A stretch of 63,935 bases of DNA, filler included, from Rhizaria sp. SCN 62-66 (Eukaryota): assembly GCA_001724265.1 (NCBI GenBank). It is 5 parts of 5 records of this genome, joined end to end, with 100 filler letters (N's around TTAATTAATTAA, not from the genome) between each part and the next. Parts side by side here need not be neighbours in the genome. Positions count along the whole stretch, not along the records: positions 23,211 to 45,141 come from MEDY01000682.1; 4 more parts are not named here. One strand, given 5' to 3'. Shown here one piece after another: positions 23,211 through 35,232 of this stretch (within the stretch, counting starts at the first letter, position 1; the number at the start of each line of letters is the position of its first letter). The position numbers and the translations under genes are program-made. The notes below the pieces were generated by a model, which was not told the origin of the DNA, ran no database searches, and saw nothing but the letters and a program-made list of their open reading frames with translations.

Positions 23211-26200
23211 AATAAACCACGTAGTTTGATAACTTCTACGAAAGTGCGCCAAAGTCGCAAAAAAAGCGCGAAATCGCGTTTTTTAGTTGACGCTACATAG
23301 GGGTTATTATGACTATCGTGTTGTGAAATCACGTTTCGTGTCGATGTGTAATATGAGCTCCGGTCACCACGTCATGCTCCCCGCATCAACCTACGGCAGC
23401 GTAGTCACATTCCGCGGCGCAAACACGGCGCTACCGCTCAACAGATGCTGCTGCTGTTGTGCGCTTACTCGCCCTGTTCTCGCGTATTTGATTGCCATTC
23501 CTTTCGTTTCATGTTGTTTCATGTATGATGTTTAGATTTGTATCCCTTCCCTTTTCTTTATTCGTTTTTCGTGTTTCCCCTCATCGTTTATTGTCCTTTT
23601 GTCATGATTAGTATGTGTGCGTGCTTCACATATGTGTGTTTAGTGAAAATTCAAGATCGTCTTTTCTTTCTTACATCCAATATGTGTTAAAGTAATGCAT
23701 TTCATCTTACCCCATGTCGCGTGTGCGTGTGTGTGCGTAGGTTTAGTGTCGTAGTTTCTGTACTGCTGCTGTCGTTGTAGCCTGTCGTGAGTGGACTTCT
23801 TGTCTTGTTCCGACTCTGCTGCGACTGTACTGTATGTTATTAGGTGATACGTGCTTGATTTGTCTCTCTCTTTATCTGTCTTTGCTTGCTTCATTAATCG
23901 CTAAGCCGTCCCTTCTCTCATGTGCTGACGTTTCCTTTTGTTTCTCTCGGTCACTTCACTTAACGATGTTGTTGGTTGCCAGTCTTCGTGGTTTCTTCAT
24001 GCATCGTTTAGAGTATTGTGTCGTTTTGAACAACAGACTTGAAGCCTTTAGTCGAACGTACTAAGTGCGTCCCCTGCACGTGGTAACACGTGGGGTCACA
24101 ATCACTCGCGTAGTCGCGTAGACTTTATCATCGCAGCCCGTCTGTTCCGCTCACAGTCGCGTCGCCGCCCACTTTGCTAGGCGCATCATGTCGTCATCTG
24201 TTTATGTTTGCATGCAAAACAGGGCAGTCGCGCTACGCCGAGTTTCGTCGCGTTTTTTCGCCGTCTTCCCTCCTACCACGCGCACCGTGACCTGTCGCTC
24301 ATTGCGTGGTCGAGAACAAACGTGCGCGCGTGTGGGACTCTGTGTATTTGTATCTTCTCACTCCCGCCTTCTCTTTCACTCGCGCCTGCTCCGAGTTCAA
24401 TCGGGGTTGTGCATAAACAACGGCAACGACAACACCGTCCATTCGTGTTCTCGTCGGTCGTTGTGTCACTCTCCTGTCTCTGGCTGACAAGTTCAGTTGT
24501 TAGTAGGCTGACGTTTTAAAGGTTAAAACCGTGGCTGTTCGTGTTTCTTCTCTTTTTCATTTTTCTTTTGTTTATCGGTTGACAGCCCTCTTTTCTTGAA
24601 CTCTACCATCCTCGGCTATCTTGTCTCGCATTCACGCTCGCAACGTATGTTAAGCTAATCTGGAGCCTTGCGACCTTGTGTCAGACGTGTACTTTCTTCA
24701 CGCGTACACACAATGTCTATGTTACTCTGTTCTTTAGCATTGTTGTGTCCGTGTTTGCTGTGCACCTAAACCTGCCTTGTCGGAGCACGTTCTCGGTGTT
24801 GTCATGAGTGTACTTGCCACCCGCTGACTGCTGTTTCAGCTGTTCCGCGCCATGCCGGTCCCTTTGCTACTCACACCGGTGCGCGTCCGCTCTACAAGAG
24901 CGATGCGATGCCTGCCGTCTCTTCAGCTAGTATTGCAACCTTTTTTCGGGCAGCGCACTGCATGTGCCACGCACTCTCATCCTCTTGATATCTCAGTCTC
25001 ATTTTGACGATTGAGGGTCGAGGGGCGGAAATAATGCGTGTATGTGCAAGTACTGCCAGTTTAAAGGCGCCATTTCTAAGTGTGATCATAAGTGCTCGCT
25101 CGCCGAATTCCCCTGCTTAGGGGAGATATCATCCAATAACAACCCCATTTGCCGTCGTAACTCACCATTTGTAATATCCCTAACATTGTCTCACAGGAGT
25201 TTCACTCCTGTATGTTGACTCCGGAAGATGTAGCAGCACAGATGTATTAGACTCTAGGCACAAAACATCACAACAAGTATACTTTTAGTGATATTACGTG
25301 TCTGATGTTTGATGTGTATGTGTTTTCTACGAAGATTTTATTGATTTTATTGTTATAACGTGCAGTGCTGGTTGCATATACGCAGGACAGAACCGAAGCA
25401 CACAATGTGTCGCCTCGTAGTTTCTGAGCATACAGAGAAACAAAACAAATAAGTTGTAACTAGGCGTAATGTCGCACTGAAATTGGTCACATACTTTGCA
25501 TCTGTCTCTCGACGTGATTATCTTTTGTCTTTATATGTGTGCCGGTTTAATTCGTTGCTCTGTGCTTGTGGCGATTGGTGGGGGGTGACATTAGGAGGCC
25601 AGAATTGATCAAGCTGGATCTCACGAGGTTGATCGTCAAACATCGAGCATACAATGACCCGGATCCTAAAAAAGGGCGATGTTGTTGCTGTGTATAAAGT
25701 ACGTCTTCTATCTCCGACTTTCTCTCCCCAGTGAATCATCGTCAATTCTTGGTCATTCACAGAACTCACCCTTGCATCTTCTTCGTGCCCATCAAACCCA
25801 GTTAACACCATAGGGCACCGCGGAGTATCAACTGTTTATCTTCTTAGGTATCAGGAGGAATACTGTTGACATTCGCGAGATTGAAGAGGTTAAGGCTCCT
25901 ACTAGGGAAAGCTGGGAGAAAATTTACCTCCTCGAGGACAAGAAGCCGTACAAAAAGGTTCGTCGTTTATGCATTCGCACTGCTTGTAGCAATCTCACTA
26001 TGGATATTTCTTAATTGGCTCTATGAAAGTTGGACGTGTGCTTTATAACATGTTTTGCTTTATGTTTGCGATTCGTGATTGTTTGGACAGCTATGCTCAT
26101 TGTTTGCCACTATTCTTCTGTCTCTTCTTCGCTCGAGAAGAAGTCTAAGGTCGTAGCCCTTTGGCGTAAGAGTGACACACAAGCCTGTGATTGGACCACC

Positions 26201-26364
26201 GCATACTACGATGCAACCGTACGTTGGCTCTTTGTGTATTGCGCACTGCTGTTGTGCAACTGTTTGTTGTGTCCATGGTTACATTCGCACCAAGAACACG
26301 CATTTTTTTTCACTTACAATTCGTTCACCCGTGCATATGTCTCCTTGTGTTATTCCATCACCAG

Positions 26365-27168
26365 TTTATCGACGCGCTGCTGTACGAGAAGGACTACGCG
26401 TTCAGCGTGACGTACCCGTCCGAGTTACAGCGGCGCCCGCTGCCGCTCGAGGTCGACATCTGCGGCCGGCGCATGTGCTCCATCATGGTCCCAGTGTTGG
26501 CGCAACAGGTCCTCAAGGACACCTACGACCACCACGTCAAGACCAAGGCCGACGTCGCCGCCGCCGCGGCCGCCGCCAAGGCTGCTGCGGATGCCGCTGC
26601 GGGCGCCGGCGCCAGCTCCGCCGCAGCGGCGGGCGCCGGCGCGGCGGCTGGCGGCGCGGCCGACGAGGGCGGCGGCGCGGGCCCTGGCGCGGGCGCGGAC
26701 GCGGCGCCGTTCACTCCTCTCTACGCGATGCCCGACATGGCAGCCGTGGCGGCGGTGGCTCACGCGGTGGCACCCCCGGAACCGGCGCCGCCCACGACGG
26801 ACGTGACCGTGGGCGACCTGAGCCAGCTGGGCGCGCAGCCGCACTGGCCGCCGGTGGTGGTGCCTGTGCCCACGCTCGTCGGCATGCGCGTGCTGGGCGC
26901 CGTTGTTGACGCGCTGGGCCAGGGGCGCGAGAGCGAGGGCACCCAGGGCCATGGCCAGGGTTAGGGCCAGGGTTCATAGGGTCAGGGTCAGGGCCTCCCA
27001 GGCGAAGGCGGTCAGAGCCAAGGCCAAGGCGACACTATCCGGGACGCGGCCTCGCACGGCGGGGCGGAGACGGCTAAGCGTGCGCTGCTAAGTGGAGGCC
27101 AGCGTGATGGGGACGCAGCCAAGCCGGTTAAGAGGACGCGCCCTGCGCCATTCCTGGCGATCGTGTGA
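26365..27168 (+). CDS. Terminal exon of an unknown protein with a Gly-Gln repeat containing two TAG codons; upstream exons unresolved
   Basis: Acceptor-like ...CACCAG|TTTATCGAC starts GC-rich coding sequence that continues TQGHGQG[TAG]GQGS[TAG]GQGQGLPGEGGQSQGQG...KPVKRTRPAPFLAIV to TGA at 27166-27168. Confidence 0.7.
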
Positions 27169-27785
27169 ACATGGAAATCGTCAGCTCATTGCATTGCGGT
27201 TGTCACCGCTTCTTGAAATAACGGATTTATAGATGGCCATATTGTCGTAGGTCAAATTTCACGTCTGATAACCACACCTAACGATGCCTAGAGTTAATAA
27301 ACCGCAATCTTAGAAGCGTTAGTGAACATTTATCCTGTTGCTCCCCAATATTGCACGTCTGACCACATGCTATTCCGTCGTGGTCGGGCATTGGCGGAGT
27401 GGGCGCGTCCGCGCCTACAAACCAAATTAGGATTTTAGCGCGAGGTTGGTCGTAACACATCCTAGAACGCATGAATATAGCATTTATTGTGTGGTTACTA
27501 CGCTATATTCCTACCGCATTTTTAAGACATTTCATCAGTATGCTCATTTCTGTCATGATGTCGGCCGCACCTGTATTGATGCCTCTGGAGTATAATTTGT
27601 AGACATTTAGCTCCTCAGAGACTCTTATTGGCGTAATTTTGGCACAGAGAACAGTTTATTAGCACTCACAAACTGCTTCGCAAACCAGTTTATCTCTCTG
27701 GACTTCAGTTATCTTGACGCTGTCTCACTTTAGCCCATTTCCCAACCATTCATCTGTCAGCCTCTTTCGGCCCGCTTAAATCGCG

Positions 27786-28784
27786 ATGGCTTCTGCGGCA
27801 GCAATTATTTCTACCGCCAAGGCGGCTGCCGCCGGTACGGCGCCAGCCCATGTGAGCGGCTTTGCCTCCCTGGCCACGGTTGACTGGGCCGCGGACCTGC
27901 AGGTGCTACTGCGCACGTACTCGGAGTACTGGTACGTCACGCTCGGCTGCTGCGCGGGCTGGCTCGCCGTCCACTTCCTCTTCGCGCTTATCTTCTCCCG
28001 CACCAACGTCGTGGCCTCGATCGTCGGTCACCTGCGCGACGCCGACCTAGCCAAGGGTCGCACCGCCAAGCCCGACAAGAAGTACTTCTACCGCGCGCGC
28101 TACGACCTCTACTCCAAGGCCACCGCCTTCGTGCACGCCGTGCTGACGTCGTACTTCGCCATCCAGGCCTTCGCCTCCTTTAACCCCATTGACGATCTTG
28201 CCGTGCCGGTTATCTACACCAATGTGCCGTACTACAACATTATTACGCAGATCTCCGCTGGGTACTTCTTGTACGACTTCCTCATCGCCGTGTACGACTT
28301 CGACCTGCCCTACATCGCGCACGGCCTCTTCTCCGCCGTCATCTACGCCCACGCTGTGTACCCGTTCTGCGCGCAGATCGGCGTTATCTACCTCATCTAC
28401 GAGGTCTCGACCATCTTCGTCCACATCCGCTGGTTCCTCATCAACACCGGCCGCGCCAAGTCGCTCTTCTTCGACGTCTCGCAGTACGGCTTCATCGTCT
28501 GCTTCCTCCTCATCCGCATGGGTTTCGGCGTCTTCTACTCGTTTCTCTATTTCCAGCCCATGCTGTGGCAGCTCTTCCTGGCCATCCCTGTCGTCCCGCA
28601 CTCGCGCATCGCCGTCGCGCTTTTCGCGCTGTCTAACCTCACACTCAACGGGCTCAACATCATGTGGACCAAGATGATCATCGACACCGTGCGCCGCGCC
28701 GCGAAGGCCTCCAAGAAGGGCAAGGACGGCAAGGCCGCCGCGGTCAAGCAGGCCTCCACGGCCGCCGTCAAGAAGATCGACTAA
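27786..28784 (+). CDS. TLC (TRAM/LAG1/CLN8) domain membrane protein, TMEM56/TLCD4-like
   Basis: Multiple TM segments with AFVHA, SAGYFLYD, IAHG, YEVSTIFVHIRWFL, FLLIR and LNIMW motifs. Ends TAA. Confidence 0.9.
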   Translation: MASAAAIISTAKAAAAGTAPAHVSGFASLATVDWAADLQVLLRTYSEYWYVTLGCCAGWLAVHFLFALIFSRTNVVASIVGHLRDADLAKGRTAKPDKKYFYRARYDLYSKATAFVHAVLTSYFAIQAFASFNPIDDLAVPVIYTNVPYYNIITQISAGYFLYDFLIAVYDFDLPYIAHGLFSAVIYAHAVYPFCAQIGVIYLIYEVSTIFVHIRWFLINTGRAKSLFFDVSQYGFIVCFLLIRMGFGVFYSFLYFQPMLWQLFLAIPVVPHSRIAVALFALSNLTLNGLNIMWTKMIIDTVRRAAKASKKGKDGKAAAVKQASTAAVKKID

Positions 28785-29317
28785 AGAAAGAAAACATGGC
28801 CCGCCACGCGTATTACGGCGCAGCTCTACCGGCGTGTTTTATCTATTTTCGTGTTGGCGCTAGAGTCACGCCGTTCTCGCACTTTTCTTTTTTTCTTAAC
28901 AAACAATTTTCCGACTGATAACTTTAACAAAATATATGACCTCAAACTATAGTCGGCTTCGGCTTCTCCGATGCGTAACTGTTCTTTTTTGTCGTCATTT
29001 GCCGTGCGTGTACGACACGGCACTGCGAAACTGGAGCGCGGATCGACTTGTGCGTGAGTGCCTGCCTGACTGTGACTCTCTGACTTCACTCGCGACCCGC
29101 AGTCGGTCGTTCAGGTGGGCGGTTAATTCTACTGTGATCAGCGCTGACTCGCGTTGCAGTAATGCTCGAATACACAAACTTATTCTTAATAGTGCTCTCA
29201 TTATGCTCGCATTAAGAATTGGAGAAACAAATTCAAACGTGTCAAAAATGTATTAGTTAAACGTGTTCTATGTAGCACGAAATAAGCGTCAACGTACGTG
29301 TTATATGTTAGAGAAAT

Positions 29318-32300
29318 TTACTCGTCATCAGCACTCACGTCGCTGTAAAAGTCGTCCCCAAGCGTCGTCTCATCGTCGATAGCGCCGTCGCCAACCTCGC
29401 CATCATCGTCGTCACCATCGTTGTCGTTGTTCGTAACGGTGTCCCGGTGTAGTTTCTGCGCATGCCTGTCGCTGGTACTAGCAGCATCAGCCTCAACAGC
29501 AGTCGCCTGAGGGGAAACGGAGGGCAAGTGAGCCTCGGTGTCATCCATAGCCGCCTGAGCCCCATTAGCGGCATCATCTCCAGAGCTGACAACCTGATCG
29601 CCCTGAAGCTGCCCGCCACGAGCCCAACCGCCCGAAGCCAGTTTGCGCCTGCGCAGACCCGGACTCACGACATCATCCTGTTCCGAAACGTTGCTTGTGG
29701 CCGTCACAGAACGACTCAACGGTGACGCATTCGTTGTGACTGTGTGGCGAGATACACCGCGTTTGGCTTCTGAGGTCCCCATGCCATTAGGCATCGCTTC
29801 CAGTGGCCCGGGCTGATCGTCGTGATTCTCGTCATATTCATCCTCCTTCTTTTCGTCATCATCATCATCATCATCGTCATCGTGGTCGTCATCGTCGACA
29901 TCACGAGCATCGCGCCAGTTGCTATTTGTGTCAGCTTCACTCGCAGTGTGATCGTGATCGTTCTCGTAATCAGCTTCAGACCTGTTGGCATCATCGTCAT
30001 CAGAGTCAGCACCGCTTGCATCGGCTCTGACAGCACTCGCAGCGTGCAAAGCAATGTCCGCCAGAGCCACCGCCGCCTGCGAGGCCACACTCATGGACAC
30101 TGCCGCGCCATCGACCACAGCCGCGGGGGCGCTTTTGAGACGCGTGCCGGGAATATTGAGTCTGCGAACGGGCGCATCAGCTCCTGCGGGCTGCGCGGCG
30201 GCAGCGCGACGTGTCTTCCGGCGGCCGGCAGCGGACGAGGCTGGGCTGTTGGCGTAGGGGTCGCATGCCAGCAAGCTAGCTTCGTTGTGGGCGACGATTC
30301 CAGCCGCCTCAACAGCACGCCACAGTACGTCGCTTGGATGCAGTACAAGAGGCCCTTGAGCCGCAGCACTGTCAGGGTGCGGTGATTGCTGAGATGCAGA
30401 CAAGGCAGGCAAGTCAGCCGACAAAGCGAGTCGCAGGGTGTCCGTGACGCCTGGGATGTGGCTGAGTCCAGCGAGGCGAGACCAACCTTGTGCGTACGCA
30501 TCGTTGTCAGTTGCGGGCTGTTCGGTGTCAGTCATCAACGCAGATGCAACCGTTTTGGGGTCGGAAGTTGTAGGTAATCCCAGAAGTGAATCTGAGAGCA
30601 ATTTGGCAAAATGCACTAGATTATGGTTGGTGACTGACGCGGCCGCTGCACTGGACGAGCATGACAGTGACAAATCAGAACCAGACGCAAACAAGCGAAT
30701 AAGCGCACCCATAGAATTAGAAATGATCTTATTCACGGTATCCTGCGCAGCGTTTGTCAGCAGCGCAACGAAGTCTTCATTCGTACTTGTTGTTGTCTTC
30801 TTGATACTGTTGCTGATGGTGGAAGAACGTCGGTAAGCACTCTCATCAGAAAAGACATCACGCAGGGAGTTACGAAGTTGGGTGCGGAGCGAGTTAATGC
30901 ATGTTGCACGTTCGCAACATGTCGAAGAAGCTGATAGGGAGACAGGATCACTAACGACTGAGTCTAATGGAAAAGAAACGTACAACGACGTGACATTAAG
31001 AGATAGAAAGCGCACATCAATGTCACCTACGAGAAATTTCGAGGGTTGGAGACAAGTGCGGACGCAGTAAACTGCTGCAAAGTCGAGCGCCTCGCGCGGG
31101 GTTTTGTTTGCAGCAACCTTAGTATCGTCGATTGTAGTCAACATCTCAGAAACTACCTCAGGTACAGCCGTCACAGCATGCATCGCCACACACGCAGTGC
31201 AATGTCCGAGCGCGCGCTGGCAATCATCAGCAACTGAAAAGTGCGTGCGTGCTGACAGAAACGGTGGGGCGGAGCTCGGCATCGCGTGCGGCGGTGGAAG
31301 ACCAGGCGAGTGAGAAGGCTTGCCAGCACCAGGCCTTTGTTGGCCCGCATGAGCGTACAAAGCGCGATGCCACGAGGTGATTGTGTCTGGCAGCGGCACA
31401 GTTTTGTCTTGAGTGCCAGCAAGATCTGCAGCAATGGCAGCATCGTCACAAGATAAGAGCGAGGGAAAGTCGTGTTGACAGCGGCCAGAGCCTCGCAGCA
31501 ACGACGTTGCTGCGGCAATGAGTAGGCGCGCAGTGACCATAGCGGCTGGCAACACCGCGGGCGACACTGTGTCACTGCTGCGCGAGGAGGCACCAGGCAC
31601 TGCGGCGCACATCGCCTGGGCAGTGATAGGAAGCGCAAACGTGACACGGCTGTGTGCAGCTGCGAGCCGCTGCCTCAACGCAGGCGGGGGTGAATGAGCG
31701 CTGCTACTCGCCTGGGTGCTATCACCGATTTGCCACAGTGACGGGGGGTGAATGTGCGCAATGGCAACTTCTGCGGCGGCGGCAGCAGCCTGGGCGGCAG
31801 CGGCCTGAACCTTCCGAACGTCTTTCTCACCCGCGGACGCAGCAGCAACGGCTGCGGCCTGAGCGGCCTCAGTTGCAGCCGCAGCCGCAACGCTCCTGGC
31901 GGTAACGCCCGCGGTGTGCGTTTGCAGAGAAGCGACGTGTTTGGCGGTTGCGGTTGCGTCATGCGGCGCGGGGACGGAGGCGCGCCACCCCCAAAAGGGC
32001 GACACGTCAGGGCGACTTACTATAACTTCGTTGAGGCGGGGCGAACTTCCGTTGTCGGTGCTAACAGTGGGAAATGCGAAGTGAAAGCCGAGTAAAAAGA
32101 GAGTCTTCACATACATCATGGGGCTGATGGTGTGCTTCACAAACTGGGCCAGTGCGGCATGCGTCAGCCCGATGCTTGTGAAAGCTGCTGCAACTGTCTC
32201 GTTACCCTCCTCTGCGGCAGTCGCAGCCGCCATCAACATATTCACAGACGCCATCACTGCACCGAGTGACGATGCCGGTCTTGAGGATGCGCGCGCAACG

Positions 32301-34643
32301 GTGAGCGCTAACCATGCAGTCGCGCACTGCAACTGCACTGTGTCGCAGTCCAAACTGATGTCATCACTCAAGCGTGTCAAGTGAGCTGTAGCGTTCAGCA
32401 AAGCAAGCGGATTCCGTGGGTCTGCACATGAAATGAAATCCGTGGACGCCGCAGTTGCAGGGCGGGGTACTGATCCTGCTTCTGCAAGCGCTGCGGCGTC
32501 AGTGACCGCAATTAGTGCGGATGTTAACCCAGCGAGAGTCAGCGGCACAGTCGCACCCAATGACACAGGCGCAAACGCATCAGAATCAACAGCACTCGTT
32601 TTGTTCCAGTGCGTGACAGTAAAAAGCACCGCAGCGGCCGCGGTGGCGTGGCAGGGCATGCGCGCAGCAGCGAACGAGGACAGCCACGCACCAGCGCGCA
32701 TTGGCGGCGCTACGCCGGTCTGCGGCGGCGCCGCGACAAAAGGCGCGCCGACATCAAGGAGCCGTGTTGGCACAGGGTCGTGCGCGTCGAGAGAAACCGG
32801 CGGCAGTGCTGGGGCGACGGCCGCTACAGTGAAGACGCACTGTGCGCGCTTTACCGCAGCGTCCGTTGCCACGTCGACGCCGGGTCCGGCCTTGTTGGCA
32901 GCGCCATTGTAGCTGTCGCACGTCGAGTGCCACACCGCGGCGCCCAGCGCGGCGGCCAACGCGGCGTGTTGAGCCGCAAGCTCTGGGAACTCGGCTGCGG
33001 GCCGTTCAGGGCACCAGATAGCTGCTAAGAGAGACGCACCTTTGCTGAGAGCGGAGTCGTCGACTGGCAGAATCAGCCGTGCGTAGGCAGCCTGCCTCGC
33101 AGACTGGGTCGAAGCAGCGGGAACGTGGCCGTCCTCTTGAGCAAGCCGTGCATCTTTGTGTTGTAACGCAGGAGTGGTGAGCGTGGGCGCGCCTGTGTTG
33201 AGGTAGTCGAACTGTGCAACTGCGCGCAACGCGGCCCGGAGCGACTTGACTTCGGCGTGAGGGCCACTGCCCACGATGCTGCTGCCAAAGTTGCTCCCGT
33301 CGCCGTCACCATCGCCGTCGCCGTCGCTGCCAGCGGCCTCATCGTCAGAGCCGTTGTCCGCGTGTTCACTGACGTTCTCGGCCGCATCGCTGATGGCATT
33401 GCTGACGGCCGCCCGGTGCAGCCGCGACGCCAGCGCAACGATGCCGCCCAGGAACGAGCGCGGCCTCATCGCGCCGTGCTGCTGCTTCAAACCGTCGGCG
33501 GCGCTCGATTCAAAGCCGTCAAGCGACTGCATCTGCGCCTCCGCAGCGGCCGCGGCGGTTGCGACGTCCTTCATGAGCTGCAGCCGGAGCCCGCTGCTCA
33601 CCGTGGCGGCCCCTTTGCGGCCGTGCTGCGGCTGCCGGCCGGCGAGCACCGCAGGCGCGGACAGAGACAGGAGCCGCTGCCAGTGTGTCAAGGCGAGCTC
33701 GACTGGTGCAGAAGAAGTTGGCCGTTGACCAGCTTTCTTGTCGTCGAGTGCGGGATACGTAGCCCTGCACTGCGACACGACGCCACTCAGCTCAGCAGAC
33801 ATCGGCGGCAGCGCCACGTCAACCTCATACTCCCCATCGTAACGCGCGTATCCACGCGGGCCACGTCTCCAGCCGTCCCCCGCATCGCCCGCATCGCCGC
33901 GCTGCCCGCGCGCGCATTGCCCGCCGTCCTGGGTGGCGCACGGGGCGACGCTGCGATCCAGCGCCGCGAGCAGCGCGCCGTGCCCGTCGTGCGGCGCGGG
34001 CGCGGGGGTCCGCGGGCGCGCCGGCCAGCAGCGCGGGCGCCGCAGGCAGCAAGGCCCGGGCGCGCGCGCGCCACGCCTAGCACTGCGCGCGGGCCAGCGC
34101 CTGCGCTCGCGCAGCCGCGGCGGGCCCGAGGCCGGCCAGCGCCGCAGACGCAGACGCCGACAGCGACGACGACGACAGCGACGACGCAGATGAGAGCGCC
34201 TGGTAGCGCTCGACAGCGGGCGACGCGGAGATTGGTGTGGGGACTGACGAGGCAGAGGTGGAGGCGGAGGCGGCTGCGTGCGGGTAAGCCGGGGTGCGCG
34301 GAGGCGCGGAGGGGCCGTACGCGACGGCGCCGGCACGGCTCGGTGTGTGCGCAACAGTGTGCGGCGCAGCGGTGGGTGGAGCGAGCGGATATGTGGCTGT
34401 AGCCGACACCAAAACAACGTTGTCGTCGTCGCTGTCGGAGAGCTCGATTGCGCTCTCTGACGAGCTCAGTGGTACGCCGCCATGCGTGGCACCGGGCGGT
34501 GACGTGATAACTCGGCCAGGGGTGACGGTGGAAGCCGTACGAGTCCGGCCGGTCGGGCGTCCAGCGGCCGCGGATGATGGCGCGGCTGATAGCGGCGAGG
34601 TCGAGGGGCGAGGCCGCGATGACGCGGACTTGCGCTGGGACAT
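29318..34643 (-). CDS. Large protein of unknown function with acidic C-terminus; needs TAG=Gln at 34079-34077 and a 1-nt frameshift near 34004-34008
   Basis: MSQRKSASS... (ATG 34643) reads ARAQALARAQC[TAG]AWRARARALLPAAPALLAGAPAD. Removing one base of the G5 run joins it to PAPAPHDGH... of ORF 29318-34417. Ends TAA. Confidence 0.55.
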
Positions 34644-35232
34644 GCAGGGGTGTATAATCCGGCCGCAACCCACTATGGACAATGAAATGATGTCGTTGGA
34701 TGCGAGTTGGTGAGCATGAAGCAAAGTGACCACAAATCTTTTTTGGCGTCGACGAGTGGAGCGACAGGCTGAAGTGACCCGACAGTAAAAAGATACATAT
34801 GTACCGCAGAACTGCGTGAAACGGCGTGCTCGAAATCGAATTATAATTATCTGTAGTATTAATATTTGTGATCGAAACGCCATAGCTGCTGACGGATTAT
34901 TTGGTGCAGAAAACAATGTTAAACACCACAAACAACACCTCACCTAGCAATCTTTTATCCCGCACTTGACATTCGTGTATTATTCTGAACACTGGAACCC
35001 AATAGTAATACTATAGAGCATTGACGGTGGTTCCTACTAAACGACGTGCGTTTGAGTCGGAATCTTGTGTTCATTGGCACTCGTGAACCCTTCTTGGTCG
35101 CCTATCGGCCCTATGTTATCGTGTTCAACTGTCCGCAAGCCAGCCCACGCATCCCTTGCTTCAGCTTCGCGCAAGACCCTCGCTCTCTTAGCTTCTCAAA
35201 CGACCATTGGAATTTCGCACTTACGTCGTGCC

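Noticed and set aside
23211-26360. Short ORFs and possible small exons (e.g. ~25850-25958)
   Set aside because: May be upstream exons of the 26365 gene, but no consistent model or family could be supported.
26958-26995. GGGTTAGGG / GGGTCAGGG, resembling an interstitial TTAGGG telomere
   Set aside because: Better explained as Gly-Gln codon repeats (GGT-TAG-GGC, GGT-CAG) within a coding exon.
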